IMG/VR virus record: IMGVR_UViG_3300012942_000043
Location: 7,897 to 71,896 of that record
Reading direction: 5' to 3' (one strand)
Length of the DNA: 64,000 bases
Source of the DNA: a virus
The notes beneath the pieces are model-generated. The model saw only the letters and a program-made list of their open reading frames with translations. It had not been told where the DNA came from and searched no databases. Made by a program: the position numbers and the translations under genes. Position 1 is the stretch's first letter. Each line of letters opens with the position of its first letter. Below, piece by piece: positions 18,164-29,650 of the stretch.

Positions 18164-21100
18164 ATGACTTCTCCTGATGCCACAGCGACAGCGAGGCTCA
18201 TCTTTGATGCTTCGTCGATCCGGTCCGGTGTCAACCAGGCTAACCAAGCGCTAGGTTCGCTGTACGATGTGGTTCGTAACAACTGGTGGGGCGTCAAGAA
18301 CATTGGCGATGCCTTTGCGTCCGTCGGCGGTGTCATCTCAGCTGGACTGAGCTCGGCGGTGAGCTCCGCTGCAGACTTCCAGTCTGAGATGGCCGCTGTC
18401 GGACGTACCACCTACGATGCTACGCAGTCAGCCGAAGACAACGCTGACGCCACTGCCAAGCTGGGTGAACAGCTCAAGGCGCTGAGTGAAACAAACCCTA
18501 CAGACTTGTCGTCCCTTACCAACATCGCTGAGCAAGCCGGTGCTCTCGGCGTGGCTTCTGATGATGTTGCTGAGTTCACCAAGACCATCGCTCAATTCAG
18601 CGCTGTCACCGATATCTCTGCTGACAATGCTACACAGTCGTTGGCGAAGATTGCCAACGTCTTCAACCTGAGTGCTGATCAGTACAAGAACCTCGGGTCG
18701 TCGATTTACGACGCCGGTGTGAACACAGCCGCCACTGAGTCGCAGATCGTCAATATGACCACCCGCTTGGCACCGTTTGCGGCTGCAGCAGGGCTGTCAG
18801 CGAGTCAGACGGTCGGTCTGTCTGCTGCGGTCCAGTCGCTCGGTCCTCGCGCTGAGGCAGGCGCTTCAGCCATGCAACACCTGCTGGGTCAGATGGCTGA
18901 TGCTGCCACTGGCAACGATGTTAAGCAGATGCAGGCGTTCGCTGACGTCACTGGTGTTACCACCGAAGAATTCCAGCGAATGGTCCAGGTCGATCCTGGA
19001 CAGGCTCTGTCGAAGTTCGTCACCGGCTTGGCCGGTATGTCTACCAACGCTGTCACTGCTCAGTCAGCGCTTGCTGCTCTTGGCATCAATGAGACTCGCG
19101 AGATTGCCACTCTTGAAGCTCTAGCCGCTGGTGTCAAGGATGGATCAGGAAGCTACATCAACCTGACCAACGCCATGGGTAACAGCACCACGGCGTTCGA
19201 TGACGGCACTGCCCTAGCTGACGCTGCTGCCAAACAATACCAAACCTTCAATGCCCAGCTGAAGGAGCTCAGCAACACTGTCAAGGTCATTGCTATTGAC
19301 TTTAGCACTTTGATGCTTCCTGGCTTGACCAAAGTGGTGGGTGTTACCCGCGATGTAGTGGATGGCTTCCAGGCGTTGCCTGGTCCGGTTAAGGATGTCG
19401 CTTTAGGTGCTGTAGGACTCACGGGAGCATTCACCACAGCAGCGGCTGCTGCTCTGCTCATTGGTCCTCGTATCCTTCTGGCAGCTGATGCTTATGGTAA
19501 GTTGTCTTCTGGTGTTAAAACTACCATTGCTGCACAAATTGCCAAAACCACCGCAGACGGCGAAGCTGCATCTTCTTCTATGGCAGCTGCTTTTGCAGCT
19601 GCTCGTAACCGCGATGAGTTGGCTAAAGAAGGAGCTCAGGCTGAAGCTAACGCTGCTGCTCTGAGGGTTAAGGCTGAGGCAGCGCAACTCAATCTGCGGT
19701 TGCTTGAGCAGCAAGCCACTCTGGAAGCGGTGCACGAGCAACAGCTTGCTGCAGAGTCTGGTGAGCTCGAAGTAAATGCGGCTCTACTCGGTGCTCGATC
19801 TGCTGCTCTCGAAGCTGATATTGCTCTTACCAGGCAACAAATCGTTGTTACTGCTGGTGAGACTGCTGCTCTTGAAACTTCTTCGGTAGCCATGGGTGGA
19901 GCAACAGTTGCCGCCTACGGTCTTGGTGCTGCTGTTGACTTTATGCTAGGTCCGCTTGGCATCATCTTGGGTATTCTTGCTGCTGTAGGTATTGGACTTG
20001 GAGTTTTTGGATCTGCACACAAGAAGGCTGCTGCTGATACCCAAGAAGATGTCCAAGCGCAGCAGGACATGGAACAGGCCATCAAGAACCAGGCTGCAGG
20101 TCAGCAAGATGCCATCAATGCTATGGTGGTGTCAAGACTAGCGGCTATCAATGCTGGTCAAGCGATTGACAAGTATGGTCTTAGTTGGCAACAGTTGCAG
20201 AAGATGGTTACCGGCAAATGGGACATGGATGTCGATAACGGTTTCTACAATCTTCGCACTGCGGCTGAGGCTGGCGACGAAGGCGCTCTGAAGCTATACA
20301 ACAGCCTGGTTGACCTTCGCAATGAATTCGCAGTATCAGCAGAATCTGTCAAGGAAGGTGCTGAAGCCAACAAGGCTCTCGGTGTTAGTGCTGATGGTGC
20401 CGCTGACAGCGAGAACGATTTGGCCAACTCCGCTAAGAACGCAAAGGACGCTGTTGACAAGCAGAACGAAGCGGCCGTAGATCTTACCTCAGCACTTCTT
20501 CAGCAGAGTGCTGCTCAGCTGCAAGCCAAAGAGGCGCAAGAAGAATACAATCAAGCTAGGAAGGATTATCAAAACCAGGGTGCCACTATCGCTGCTGCTG
20601 AGCTGAAGCTGAATGAAGCGCAGCTTGCACAAACTCGCGCCACTATAGCGTTGAGCAAGGCTGAGAAAGATCTGGCCAACGCTCGCAAGAACCAGCAGAA
20701 GCAGTACCAAGAAGATCAGCGTGCAGCCAAGGAGGCTGAGCTTAGTTACCAAGACGCTTTGCAGAAAGTGCAAGATGCTGAGCAGGCCATCAAGGATGCA
20801 CAGGGGGACAAGTACGAGAACGATCTGACTGAGGCTACCAACAAGCTGGCAGATGCTCAGCTGGATCTAGTGGATGCTCAGCAAAAGGCTTCAGACGCTC
20901 AGTGGTACCTCAACTACCTCATGGAAGAGGGAGCGTCGAACCGCGACATCCAGGACGCTCAGCAGCAGCTGGCGCGCGCTAATCAAGACGTGCTGGACTC
21001 CATCGATAAAGTCACTGACGCCCAGGATGATCTTAATAGCGCACAACAAGAGAACTCTACTGCGCACTTGGCTGTGCTGGAGCGACAGCTGGCTGAAGCA

Positions 21101-22108
21101 CGGCTGTCGGCACAGGATGCACTTGACAAGCTGAACACGTCTGAGGAGACCCTCAAGACGGACCGCGACAACATCGCCAACGACACGGCTTACAAGAATG
21201 CTCTGCTAGACGTCAAGGAGGCGCAGTACGCGGTAGCAGACGCCACCACGGCCACCAACGAGGCTGAGAAGGACGTTGCCGGAGCCAAGAGCGGCAAAGA
21301 AGCTGCCGACAACCTGGCGCAGGCTAAGCAGCGCCTGGAAGAGTCGCTTTACAATGAAGCTACCGCTAACGTCGAGGTGCAGAAGCAGACTGCACTCACC
21401 AGCGGTGAGACTTGGACTGCACATGACTCAGCAGTAGCTCTGGCTGACCAGTTGACAGCACTTGGTCTTAAGGCGTCTGGTCCAGTGCGCGATGACATTA
21501 TCGCTCTTGGTAGTTCATTGAAGAGCAACATAAAGAACTACAAAGGTAACGTCACCATCACTGGTAATGTTGAGAGCATCAATAAGGCTTTGAAAGATCT
21601 CAACGATCAGTATGATACCACCATGAGGAAATTGCAAGACACTGATGACAAGTACAGTGGTAAAAAGTGGTACAACTACTTGTGGGATTACACTGTTGGC
21701 GGATTGTGGAATGTTGTCAAGGCTGGAGGCAGCTGGCTCGAAGGTGTTGGCAATAGCCTCGGAGACTTTATTTCCCATCCCTTTGGTTACGCCAACGGTG
21801 GTATTGTCAACCAACCCACCTTCTTCAGCAACAACGGCCAGCTATCTGTCATGGGTGAAGCTGGTGCTGAGGCGATCATTCCGCTGACTGATTTTTACAA
21901 CACGGTGACGAAGCCGCTGCTGTCGATTGCAGACAACCAGATGGCGATCGGCGAGTACCTAACCGGCAAGTCTGCTGAAAACGGTGTGAGCGGTAATGCT
22001 GGTGCCAACTACTACTACAACTACATTCAGGTCCAGGCCAACACCAACGCTGACCCGGACGAAATCGCCAACGAGATCGCCTGGTCTCTGTCGAATGGGA
22101 ACCTGTGA
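18164..22108 (+). CDS. Tape measure protein
   Basis: 1314 aa, Ala-rich, TP901-like core, coiled coils, C-terminal ANGG...GEAGAEAIIPL. Confidence 0.93.
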   Translation: MTSPDATATARLIFDASSIRSGVNQANQALGSLYDVVRNNWWGVKNIGDAFASVGGVISAGLSSAVSSAADFQSEMAAVGRTTYDATQSAEDNADATAKLGEQLKALSETNPTDLSSLTNIAEQAGALGVASDDVAEFTKTIAQFSAVTDISADNATQSLAKIANVFNLSADQYKNLGSSIYDAGVNTAATESQIVNMTTRLAPFAAAAGLSASQTVGLSAAVQSLGPRAEAGASAMQHLLGQMADAATGNDVKQMQAFADVTGVTTEEFQRMVQVDPGQALSKFVTGLAGMSTNAVTAQSALAALGINETREIATLEALAAGVKDGSGSYINLTNAMGNSTTAFDDGTALADAAAKQYQTFNAQLKELSNTVKVIAIDFSTLMLPGLTKVVGVTRDVVDGFQALPGPVKDVALGAVGLTGAFTTAAAAALLIGPRILLAADAYGKLSSGVKTTIAAQIAKTTADGEAASSSMAAAFAAARNRDELAKEGAQAEANAAALRVKAEAAQLNLRLLEQQATLEAVHEQQLAAESGELEVNAALLGARSAALEADIALTRQQIVVTAGETAALETSSVAMGGATVAAYGLGAAVDFMLGPLGIILGILAAVGIGLGVFGSAHKKAAADTQEDVQAQQDMEQAIKNQAAGQQDAINAMVVSRLAAINAGQAIDKYGLSWQQLQKMVTGKWDMDVDNGFYNLRTAAEAGDEGALKLYNSLVDLRNEFAVSAESVKEGAEANKALGVSADGAADSENDLANSAKNAKDAVDKQNEAAVDLTSALLQQSAAQLQAKEAQEEYNQARKDYQNQGATIAAAELKLNEAQLAQTRATIALSKAEKDLANARKNQQKQYQEDQRAAKEAELSYQDALQKVQDAEQAIKDAQGDKYENDLTEATNKLADAQLDLVDAQQKASDAQWYLNYLMEEGASNRDIQDAQQQLARANQDVLDSIDKVTDAQDDLNSAQQENSTAHLAVLERQLAEARLSAQDALDKLNTSEETLKTDRDNIANDTAYKNALLDVKEAQYAVADATTATNEAEKDVAGAKSGKEAADNLAQAKQRLEESLYNEATANVEVQKQTALTSGETWTAHDSAVALADQLTALGLKASGPVRDDIIALGSSLKSNIKNYKGNVTITGNVESINKALKDLNDQYDTTMRKLQDTDDKYSGKKWYNYLWDYTVGGLWNVVKAGGSWLEGVGNSLGDFISHPFGYANGGIVNQPTFFSNNGQLSVMGEAGAEAIIPLTDFYNTVTKPLLSIADNQMAIGEYLTGKSAENGVSGNAGANYYYNYIQVQANTNADPDEIANEIAWSLSNGNL

Positions 22109-22965
22109 TGGCTGCTGGAGATATGATCACGCGCGACCACCAGTACGAATACAACGGCTTACTGATTGGTTCGCAGACCCAATACCGCACCGCTTCATGG
22201 AACGGGCTGTTTGATCTCACCAACATCATCAACTCTGACCTGGCTCCAAAGGACCGGGACGGAATGATCCCTGGCGAAGACCTGCTCAGCAGCAGAACAA
22301 TCACGGGTCAAATCAACCTACTGCAGAACGATCAGGGGTTGATGTACGACGATATCGAAGCTTTCCAGACCGCCTTTGCTTCGCGTCGATCCACTGAGCT
22401 CCCGTTCGTATACAAGCTGCCGGGGAGAGACAAGCGGTATGTCAACTGCCGTACCCGCAAGTCTTCGCTGCCGAAGGATGCTGACCTAGCTTATGGCTTG
22501 GCAGTCATCAATATGCAGATGGAAGCAAGTGATCCGCGACACTTCGACCTCACACCACAGTCGCGACAAGTCGTCATCCCGGCTACAGACTCTTCAGCTA
22601 CGGTTAGTCTCAATGTCGGTGGTAACTTCTACACTGAGCCGATCATCACCATCAAAGATTTGGCGATCAATCCTATCATCACACTCGAGTCTCACACCGC
22701 CATTGACCCGGCCCTAGACAGCACCGGCAAGGCAGTGCGGTTGCAGTACTCGAATAGCGTTGGCGACACCACAGTGGTGGACACTCGACGTAACTACAAA
22801 ACCATCACTTACAACGGTGATAACGCTTACAACATTCGCCGCACCGATTCACAGTGGTTCCGGCTGATGCCTGGCGTCAACCAGATCAACATCCAGCGGT
22901 CGAACACTGCCACTGGTTCATCATGCACAGTGGTGTTCACCTGGAACAACGCTTACAACTACTAG
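22108..22965 (+). CDS. Distal tail protein (Dit)
   Basis: Follows the tape measure; RTITG, ASDPR, WFRLMPGVN. Confidence 0.8.
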   Translation: MAAGDMITRDHQYEYNGLLIGSQTQYRTASWNGLFDLTNIINSDLAPKDRDGMIPGEDLLSSRTITGQINLLQNDQGLMYDDIEAFQTAFASRRSTELPFVYKLPGRDKRYVNCRTRKSSLPKDADLAYGLAVINMQMEASDPRHFDLTPQSRQVVIPATDSSATVSLNVGGNFYTEPIITIKDLAINPIITLESHTAIDPALDSTGKAVRLQYSNSVGDTTVVDTRRNYKTITYNGDNAYNIRRTDSQWFRLMPGVNQINIQRSNTATGSSCTVVFTWNNAYNY

Positions 22966-22975
22966 GATGTGACAG

Positions 22976-24040
22976 ATGAGGAACCGAGAGTACCGCCTGG
23001 AGTGCGTCAATCGTGACGGCACTCAGATCGGTGGTCTGGACGATGCGGTGTTGACTAAGGTCAATTGGACTCTCAATGCACCCGGTTCCATCTCCTACTC
23101 GCTCTCGCAGAACTCGAAGTTCGTCAACCTCCCACAAGAGAACAAGAACGAAGTGCAGCTGTGGATCGGAGACGATCTCATGCACTGGTGCTTTCACCAC
23201 AAGTCGAGCGAGAACTCGCAGGTGGTCACCTTCGACTGCCCTTCTCTGTTGCAGTACTTCAACTTCCGCTTCATTCTCAACACTTCTCTGGAGTATGACG
23301 ATTACGATCAGTTCCTTATTGGTGCTTCTATCATCACCGATATGCAGGCGCTGACGGGCCAGAGCTGGAACATTAGCATCGCTCCGTACGACAATTCCGG
23401 AGTAGTGCGGTCACGCAAGTACGACATCCTAGACCACCAGAACGCACTAGACATGCTGAACGAGTTCCCCACGCTCACAGATGCTGCTGGTAATCACACC
23501 GGATTTGACTTCGACATCGATGTCACCACGATTCCAGGCAAGCGAGACTGGACCATGTACTACCCCTACAAGGGGACTACGCACCCCAACCTGGTTCTCG
23601 AGTATGGCCGCAACGTCACAGACTACACGGTGAACACCGACGGTTCGTCCATGGGCAACAACTGCTACATGACTGGCGGCTCGAACGGTGACATCAAGTT
23701 CGAAAACCACTATAAGGACTCGGTCTCTATTGGCAATCCGCTGGCTGGTGACTACGGAGAGTGGCAGGCGGTAAAGTCCAAGTCTGGCGAGAACGATGTC
23801 GGAGTGCTGCTGGAGCTCGCTCAGGGATTCGTCACGACGCACAACAAGCCGGTGAAGTCAGTATCGCTCACCTCCATCGAGGTTCCCGATGAGCTCCTTG
23901 GTGTGGTAGGAACTGGCGATACCGTCAGAGTGCAGATCGACAAAGGTCGCACTCAGATTGACGATGATTACAGAATCAACACCATTGATTGGCTACCGGG
24001 GCCTGGTAACCTCAAGTTGGGATTTGTGACTAGCAAATGA
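22976..24040 (+). CDS. Minor tail / baseplate hub protein (Tal-like)
   Basis: LNAPGS, GFDFDI, LEYGRNV, GDTVRV. Confidence 0.75.
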   Translation: MRNREYRLECVNRDGTQIGGLDDAVLTKVNWTLNAPGSISYSLSQNSKFVNLPQENKNEVQLWIGDDLMHWCFHHKSSENSQVVTFDCPSLLQYFNFRFILNTSLEYDDYDQFLIGASIITDMQALTGQSWNISIAPYDNSGVVRSRKYDILDHQNALDMLNEFPTLTDAAGNHTGFDFDIDVTTIPGKRDWTMYYPYKGTTHPNLVLEYGRNVTDYTVNTDGSSMGNNCYMTGGSNGDIKFENHYKDSVSIGNPLAGDYGEWQAVKSKSGENDVGVLLELAQGFVTTHNKPVKSVSLTSIEVPDELLGVVGTGDTVRVQIDKGRTQIDDDYRINTIDWLPGPGNLKLGFVTSK

Positions 24041-27000
24041 CGAACAACCTTGACGACCTCGTTAGTGGCATGCTTCGTCGTGTCTACAATCTCGAGCAGG
24101 GCATCAGCAACCCAAGTCTCAACACTGGTGGCAGTACTGGAGGCGGTGGCACCAACGGTACTTACGATGATCTCTACGTAAGAAATCTCTACATCAATGG
24201 TCACGAGTTGCTCGGAGATCCTCCTACAGCTGTGACGTCTATCACCACGGTACCTGGCGGTTATCTTAACAACCTGTTTGTTGACGTGTCGTGGTCTGCG
24301 GTGACAGAAGCAACTTCTTACTCTGTCATTCTGGCTGAGAAGGACACTGCCGCTGGCACTTACAAGACTCCGCAGATTGCCAACACTCAAACCACCGCTA
24401 CTCGCTTTAGCAATCTCGAAGCATCCACCACTTATGGTGTCAAGATTGTAGTGCTCAATAATCTGGGGCTAAGCAGCACGCCGTTCCCGTCCACTGGATA
24501 CCACGACTTCTCCACCACTACAGACACCACCATCCCTGCCGCTCCTACTGGCGTGACTGTCAGCTCTGCTTCTGTCATTGGCCCCGCCACCGGATCTCAG
24601 CTTGGTTCTATCAGCGGGTACATCAACTGGGACCCGAACACAGAGCCTGACGTAGCGCTCGGCAAGGGAGCATACGAGGTGCAGGTGAGCACCTTCAGCA
24701 ACTTTGCGGTAGACGCCACTCACACTTTCCAAGGCATCACTGCCGGACAACTGCTTCATTACACGCTTACCGGAATCAACGTTTCTGCCGCTTTCACTCT
24801 GTACGTACGAGTGCGCGCCATTGACTCATCTGGTAATCAGTCCACTTGGGCTTCGATCAATTACAACGTTACTAGCGCTGCACACGTCACCGGGTACTAC
24901 AACTCCGGCACTGCTCCGGATGGAGTAGTCAATTCTTCGGTGAAGAGCACTGGAGGACTTCGCAATCTAGCTCTGCGGTGGGATCCAATCACCACCGATG
25001 ATGACGTGATTTATGAAGTGTACGTCTCTGACAGCATCACTTCGGTGCATGGCACCACCACTGATGATCCACTGCAATACGGCATGCTAGCCACCGGCTG
25101 TGTCGGCATCACCAAGGCGGCATCATTTACAGCCAGCACGTATTTCGATAGCAACGTTGGTGTCTTTGGACCGCTGTCCAATAATGTCAACTATTACGTC
25201 AAAATTGTGACTCGCACCGCAGCCGGTGCACAGCCGTGGTCTGGTAACGGTGCTGGTCCGTTCACTGCTCGCAAAGGACTAGTGTCGACCAATGACCTAG
25301 CTGACGGGGTAGCAGGCACTCATACTTATATCCAGAGTCATGAGCCGACTGGCGGTACTTACGCTTCTGGTGATCAATGGATCGATAGTAACGACGGCAC
25401 CATCTACGGGTGGGACACAGACACCTTATCGTGGAACAAGGTGCCGCTTACAGCCGACCAGATCGCCGTGGGAGCGATAACGGCGGGGACTATAGCAGCT
25501 GGAGCGGTCACGACTGATTCGCTCGCTGCTGATGCTGTGACGGCCGACAAGATCGCTGCGAACACCATCACAGCCGATCAGATTGCCGCCAACACGATCA
25601 CCTCCGGTCTCATTGCTGCAGGAGCAATTACTGCTGACAAATTCAACGCCAGCGAAATCATCGTGGCGGCTGCTAGTGGTGGTCAGGTGTTTGCCGCTCC
25701 GATGCTGATTGACGACATGGGATCTCCGGTTGGGGCTGCACAGCCAACCGGCTACACTTCTCACATCAACAATCTTCCTCATAGCGCAGGACTAGGCGAT
25801 CCATCAACCAATTACAACATGGTTGTTGATGACGATTATGTCGATGCCTCTGGCACTCACCATGGCCCCATGTTTATCATGGAATCAACTCTTCCAAACA
25901 CTCCCAATACATTCGGCATCGTCTATGACAGCCCGGTTAGTTTTGTTAAAGACAAAGACTACACCATAACTTTGAAGTTGTCGTGCGGCGGAGTTAGCAC
26001 TGCCGGGCTGCACACCTATGTGCTTTTTGGTTTCGCTCTTGATACTTCATTTGACCCGTCGAACTACGATGGTCTTTGTTTTAATTTCGGCAACGACTAT
26101 GTTGTTGATTTCGGAAATTCAGGTGTTTCAAAAGATGGCGGAACCACCACTGGTTTGCCATTTAATATCTCGACTTATAACAGAGTTGGGTTCCTCATTA
26201 GTTACTTGGGGGATAATGATAACACCATCACTCTTCCCATTACTGCCCTTTCTGATACTCCTTTATATCCAGTAATCGGTGCTTACACTGTATTCAATGG
26301 CACCGAAAGTGTTCATTTCCTCGGAGTGGAAAGTGTTCAGATTGTCAGGAATCTTTCTGGAACAGACCTAGCTCCTGGCTCAATCGGCACTACCGAGATC
26401 GCTCCGGGATCTATCACCACAGAATTGATTTCAGCAAGCAAGATCAGCGGTGATGTCATCGCTGCTGGAACAATCGACGGTGAAAAGATCATTGCCGGGA
26501 CCATTGATGGCGATCGTATCATTGCCAACACCCTGGATGTCGGTAGTATCAAGAGCGGAACTCTGGAATCAACCATCATCACTATCGGCGATGGTGGCCG
26601 GTTGATAGTGGGAGATCCGCCTGATAGCGGCATCTACTTTGATGAGACCGGCCTATGGTCCTGGAAGAACAGCGAAGTCAGCTTCAGCTTGCAGGCTGAT
26701 GGCACTGCTACTTTCGGTGGAGACTTGTCTGCCCCCAACATCACTGGCGGAACCATGACTGGTGGTGTTATCACTGGTGGCGATATTGTCGGTGCTGAGA
26801 TCTTGGGCGGTCGCGGTGTGTTCCCGGTTCCCGATGACGCTTCAGTAGACTACCCTCAGGCTCACAAGACTCCTTCAGCAACCGTCATCAACGATTACGG
26901 CATCTTCATTGATAGTCGCAATCCCGAGAACTACTCTGAGCCATATCCTTCGAAGAATGCACCAACCACATACCATGGTGCTAAGCCGATGGAAGTTCAG

Positions 27001-29268
27001 GTTGATGGCACTATTGTCAATATTGATGGTAGCGAATTTGTAGAATCTTTCCCTGATGGCGTGACTGCTGGTAACTACATCGACCAGAGCAACTTCAAGT
27101 TGGTCAACCATAACGGGTATGTCACTTGGACTGAAGACAACATCGGTGCTCGTGGTGTGTACAGCACGCACGAGGAAGGCTGTATTGTACAGAACTTGAC
27201 TCCAGATGGTGGTCAACTCGATAAGCTCGGAATCCCTCAGGATGCCATTATCTCTGTTGAGATCACATCCAATCAAGAGGGACATATCGACCTGGACAAA
27301 TTTGTTATTTTCCAAAATGACGATCAGTTCACGGATTACGACACTGCGCGTCAATCAAACTTTGACAATATTATCGGAACTGCTCCAAAAGTGATGTCTG
27401 CTGCGAAGACTGCTGGCACCTTCGGCATGCGATGTGCAGCGGTGTCTGGCGGAACCTCAGCGGTCGAGTGGAATAAGTACCGCAGCAACTACTCTGACCC
27501 AGGAGTAGCCATGTCGATGAAGTCTGGCATGGCTGAGTTCGTGATATCCAATGCGCTTGCATCGCACTCTACCACTGAGATCATCTTCCAGGCGCTCAAT
27601 GCCACTGCTCAGCGCATGATTTCTGTTGGAGTCACCACCGACAATCGCTACATCGTAAACTCGGCTTTTGACTCCAACATCCTCATCGAGACACCCACTA
27701 CTTTCCTGGCTGCCGCAGGAGACAAGGTGCGGTTGGTGTGGGACACCAGTGACCAGAACTTCTTCGAAGAGAACTACGTCTTCAACGTTGACTTGTACGT
27801 GTGGCGATCCGGTTCAACTGATCCAGATTACCACAATAGTTACAACGCATACACCGCTGATACCGCCAATGCTCCAGCTGTTACAAAGGTGCAGTTTGGT
27901 CGTTTGTCAGCAAACGCTTACGCTTTCAACGTAGATTTGGACAATTTCGGATTGCTAGAGCAGGTATCTGTCTATGCTGCTGACAACAGCACCACATCTG
28001 AAGTCAAGTGGATGGTGCATGCAGACTTTGAAGGTTTGTTGTCTGAAGGCATGGATGTTACTACATTCCTTTATGTCAATCCCACCCCGACCACTTTCCG
28101 TGTTGTTGGCGGGTGGTATGTACCTGGTTCGTTCTTCGACAACTGGTCTTCCAGTGCTGGTCAGAACCCTTATGCTCCTAAGCCGAAAGATCTGAGCGGC
28201 ACTGGATTGCTAAGTGTTGGCCCAAGCGTGGTGTGGCGCGTTTACTTCCATGTCGTGATGAACGATCTTAATGGTGAAGACTTCAAGATCAAGCTTCCAC
28301 CGCTGATTCCGTCTCAGACTACCTTGTCATCTCCGGATGATGTCTACTACGATCCCAACCCTGCACACATCGGTGCGCAGATTGTGTTCTACAACAGGAT
28401 TCAGCTGGAATATTACGGTCAGGTCTCTGACGGCTCAGGACAGTACAACTCGGTCTTGGCAGATTACGCGCCTTCTGCTTTCGTCGGACCAGCCAACGGC
28501 ATTGAGGGTCAAGTCGGAGTTCTTAGCACCATCTACCCGGTATGGATAGGTGCTTTTGACAATGAGGTGAACCTTACCGGAGTCAATGACTCCATGTTTG
28601 GTAACATGTTCGCCAACAAGGTGCAAGCCGCTCGATCGCTGGTGGCTAAGGATCTGTATGTCTACGGTGATACGACATTTACCAACGGCGCTTACCTAGC
28701 GAACCTTCTTTTGACTGACGACACAGGTGGTCTTACTGGAACTCCCAGAACTGGTATCAATCTCAGCACGCACACCGAGACCGGATTGATTAGCATTGAC
28801 CCAACCACTTGCGACGCATATAACACTTGGTCTTTAGCTTCTAACACCGGAGGTATCAACTACCGTCTGCCAAGCAGTAAGCCTATGTACGTGTTTACTC
28901 AGCGTCTGCGCTCTAAGGCTGTTGGCAGCACTGCTCAATACACAGAGACCTGGATTCAGTACGCATGGAACAAGTCCGGTTCTTACGTAAGGTACGGGCT
29001 ATACGATCAGTTTACCTACGAATGGACTAGCTGGTTCTGCCAGACTTCTCGCACCGGCAGCATTGCTCTATTCCCTGGCACCACAGTACCGGATGGGTGG
29101 TTGCGGTGCAATGGCACTTCTTACAACTCAACAACTGACCCGAGTCATCAGCTGCTTTACGACGCTATGACTGACATCAACGACACCGTAAGCGGAATTT
29201 CTAGTGGTGCTTTGACAGTACCCAACCTCACCGCTCCATCAGGAACCATTTACTGCATCAAGCGCTAA
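24037..29268 (+). CDS. Central tail fibre / host-specificity protein
   Basis: FN3-like domains, (I/V)TAD(K/Q)IAA repeats, C-terminal collar motif GSIALF...PDGWLRCNG. Confidence 0.85.
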   Translation: MTNNLDDLVSGMLRRVYNLEQGISNPSLNTGGSTGGGGTNGTYDDLYVRNLYINGHELLGDPPTAVTSITTVPGGYLNNLFVDVSWSAVTEATSYSVILAEKDTAAGTYKTPQIANTQTTATRFSNLEASTTYGVKIVVLNNLGLSSTPFPSTGYHDFSTTTDTTIPAAPTGVTVSSASVIGPATGSQLGSISGYINWDPNTEPDVALGKGAYEVQVSTFSNFAVDATHTFQGITAGQLLHYTLTGINVSAAFTLYVRVRAIDSSGNQSTWASINYNVTSAAHVTGYYNSGTAPDGVVNSSVKSTGGLRNLALRWDPITTDDDVIYEVYVSDSITSVHGTTTDDPLQYGMLATGCVGITKAASFTASTYFDSNVGVFGPLSNNVNYYVKIVTRTAAGAQPWSGNGAGPFTARKGLVSTNDLADGVAGTHTYIQSHEPTGGTYASGDQWIDSNDGTIYGWDTDTLSWNKVPLTADQIAVGAITAGTIAAGAVTTDSLAADAVTADKIAANTITADQIAANTITSGLIAAGAITADKFNASEIIVAAASGGQVFAAPMLIDDMGSPVGAAQPTGYTSHINNLPHSAGLGDPSTNYNMVVDDDYVDASGTHHGPMFIMESTLPNTPNTFGIVYDSPVSFVKDKDYTITLKLSCGGVSTAGLHTYVLFGFALDTSFDPSNYDGLCFNFGNDYVVDFGNSGVSKDGGTTTGLPFNISTYNRVGFLISYLGDNDNTITLPITALSDTPLYPVIGAYTVFNGTESVHFLGVESVQIVRNLSGTDLAPGSIGTTEIAPGSITTELISASKISGDVIAAGTIDGEKIIAGTIDGDRIIANTLDVGSIKSGTLESTIITIGDGGRLIVGDPPDSGIYFDETGLWSWKNSEVSFSLQADGTATFGGDLSAPNITGGTMTGGVITGGDIVGAEILGGRGVFPVPDDASVDYPQAHKTPSATVINDYGIFIDSRNPENYSEPYPSKNAPTTYHGAKPMEVQVDGTIVNIDGSEFVESFPDGVTAGNYIDQSNFKLVNHNGYVTWTEDNIGARGVYSTHEEGCIVQNLTPDGGQLDKLGIPQDAIISVEITSNQEGHIDLDKFVIFQNDDQFTDYDTARQSNFDNIIGTAPKVMSAAKTAGTFGMRCAAVSGGTSAVEWNKYRSNYSDPGVAMSMKSGMAEFVISNALASHSTTEIIFQALNATAQRMISVGVTTDNRYIVNSAFDSNILIETPTTFLAAAGDKVRLVWDTSDQNFFEENYVFNVDLYVWRSGSTDPDYHNSYNAYTADTANAPAVTKVQFGRLSANAYAFNVDLDNFGLLEQVSVYAADNSTTSEVKWMVHADFEGLLSEGMDVTTFLYVNPTPTTFRVVGGWYVPGSFFDNWSSSAGQNPYAPKPKDLSGTGLLSVGPSVVWRVYFHVVMNDLNGEDFKIKLPPLIPSQTTLSSPDDVYYDPNPAHIGAQIVFYNRIQLEYYGQVSDGSGQYNSVLADYAPSAFVGPANGIEGQVGVLSTIYPVWIGAFDNEVNLTGVNDSMFGNMFANKVQAARSLVAKDLYVYGDTTFTNGAYLANLLLTDDTGGLTGTPRTGINLSTHTETGLISIDPTTCDAYNTWSLASNTGGINYRLPSSKPMYVFTQRLRSKAVGSTAQYTETWIQYAWNKSGSYVRYGLYDQFTYEWTSWFCQTSRTGSIALFPGTTVPDGWLRCNGTSYNSTTDPSHQLLYDAMTDINDTVSGISSGALTVPNLTAPSGTIYCIKR

Positions 29269-29280
29269 GATTGGAATTAC

Positions 29281-29574
29281 ATGTCTGAACTGACCTTGGG
29301 TGATATCACCGCCGAGTATGACAAGGAGATCGGGCAGCTACGCGGTCAGATCATCCGCAGCAATGTGGTGTTCAACAAAGAGCGAGAGAAGCAGCAGGCC
29401 ACCATCGAGGACCTGAAGCAGCAGATCGCCGCCCTCAATGCCACCGTCCAACAGCAGCAGGAGCGCCTCCAGGAAGCCAGCGGAGCGTTGGAGGCTCAGT
29501 GGGACCACCACGCGGAATGCGAGCCTCCTGTGGACGCTGAGCGCGTTGCGCCCCACATCGTGAACCGCATCTGA
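29281..29574 (+). CDS. Coiled-coil protein
   Basis: Gln/Glu heptads; follows the fibre gene. Confidence 0.7.
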   Translation: MSELTLGDITAEYDKEIGQLRGQIIRSNVVFNKEREKQQATIEDLKQQIAALNATVQQQQERLQEASGALEAQWDHHAECEPPVDAERVAPHIVNRI

Positions 29575-29603
29575 GGCAGAAACCTCTCCTTTGGCAGCAG
29601 AGC

Positions 29604-29644
29604 ACCCCTAAGTCGGTGAAAATTACAGTAACCGACTTAGGGGT
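29604..29644 (+). promoter_or_regulatory. 14-bp perfect inverted repeat overlapping the RBS of the holin-like gene
   Basis: ACCCCTAAGTCGGT / ACCGACTTAGGGGT. Confidence 0.65.
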
Positions 29645-29650
29645 TAAATC

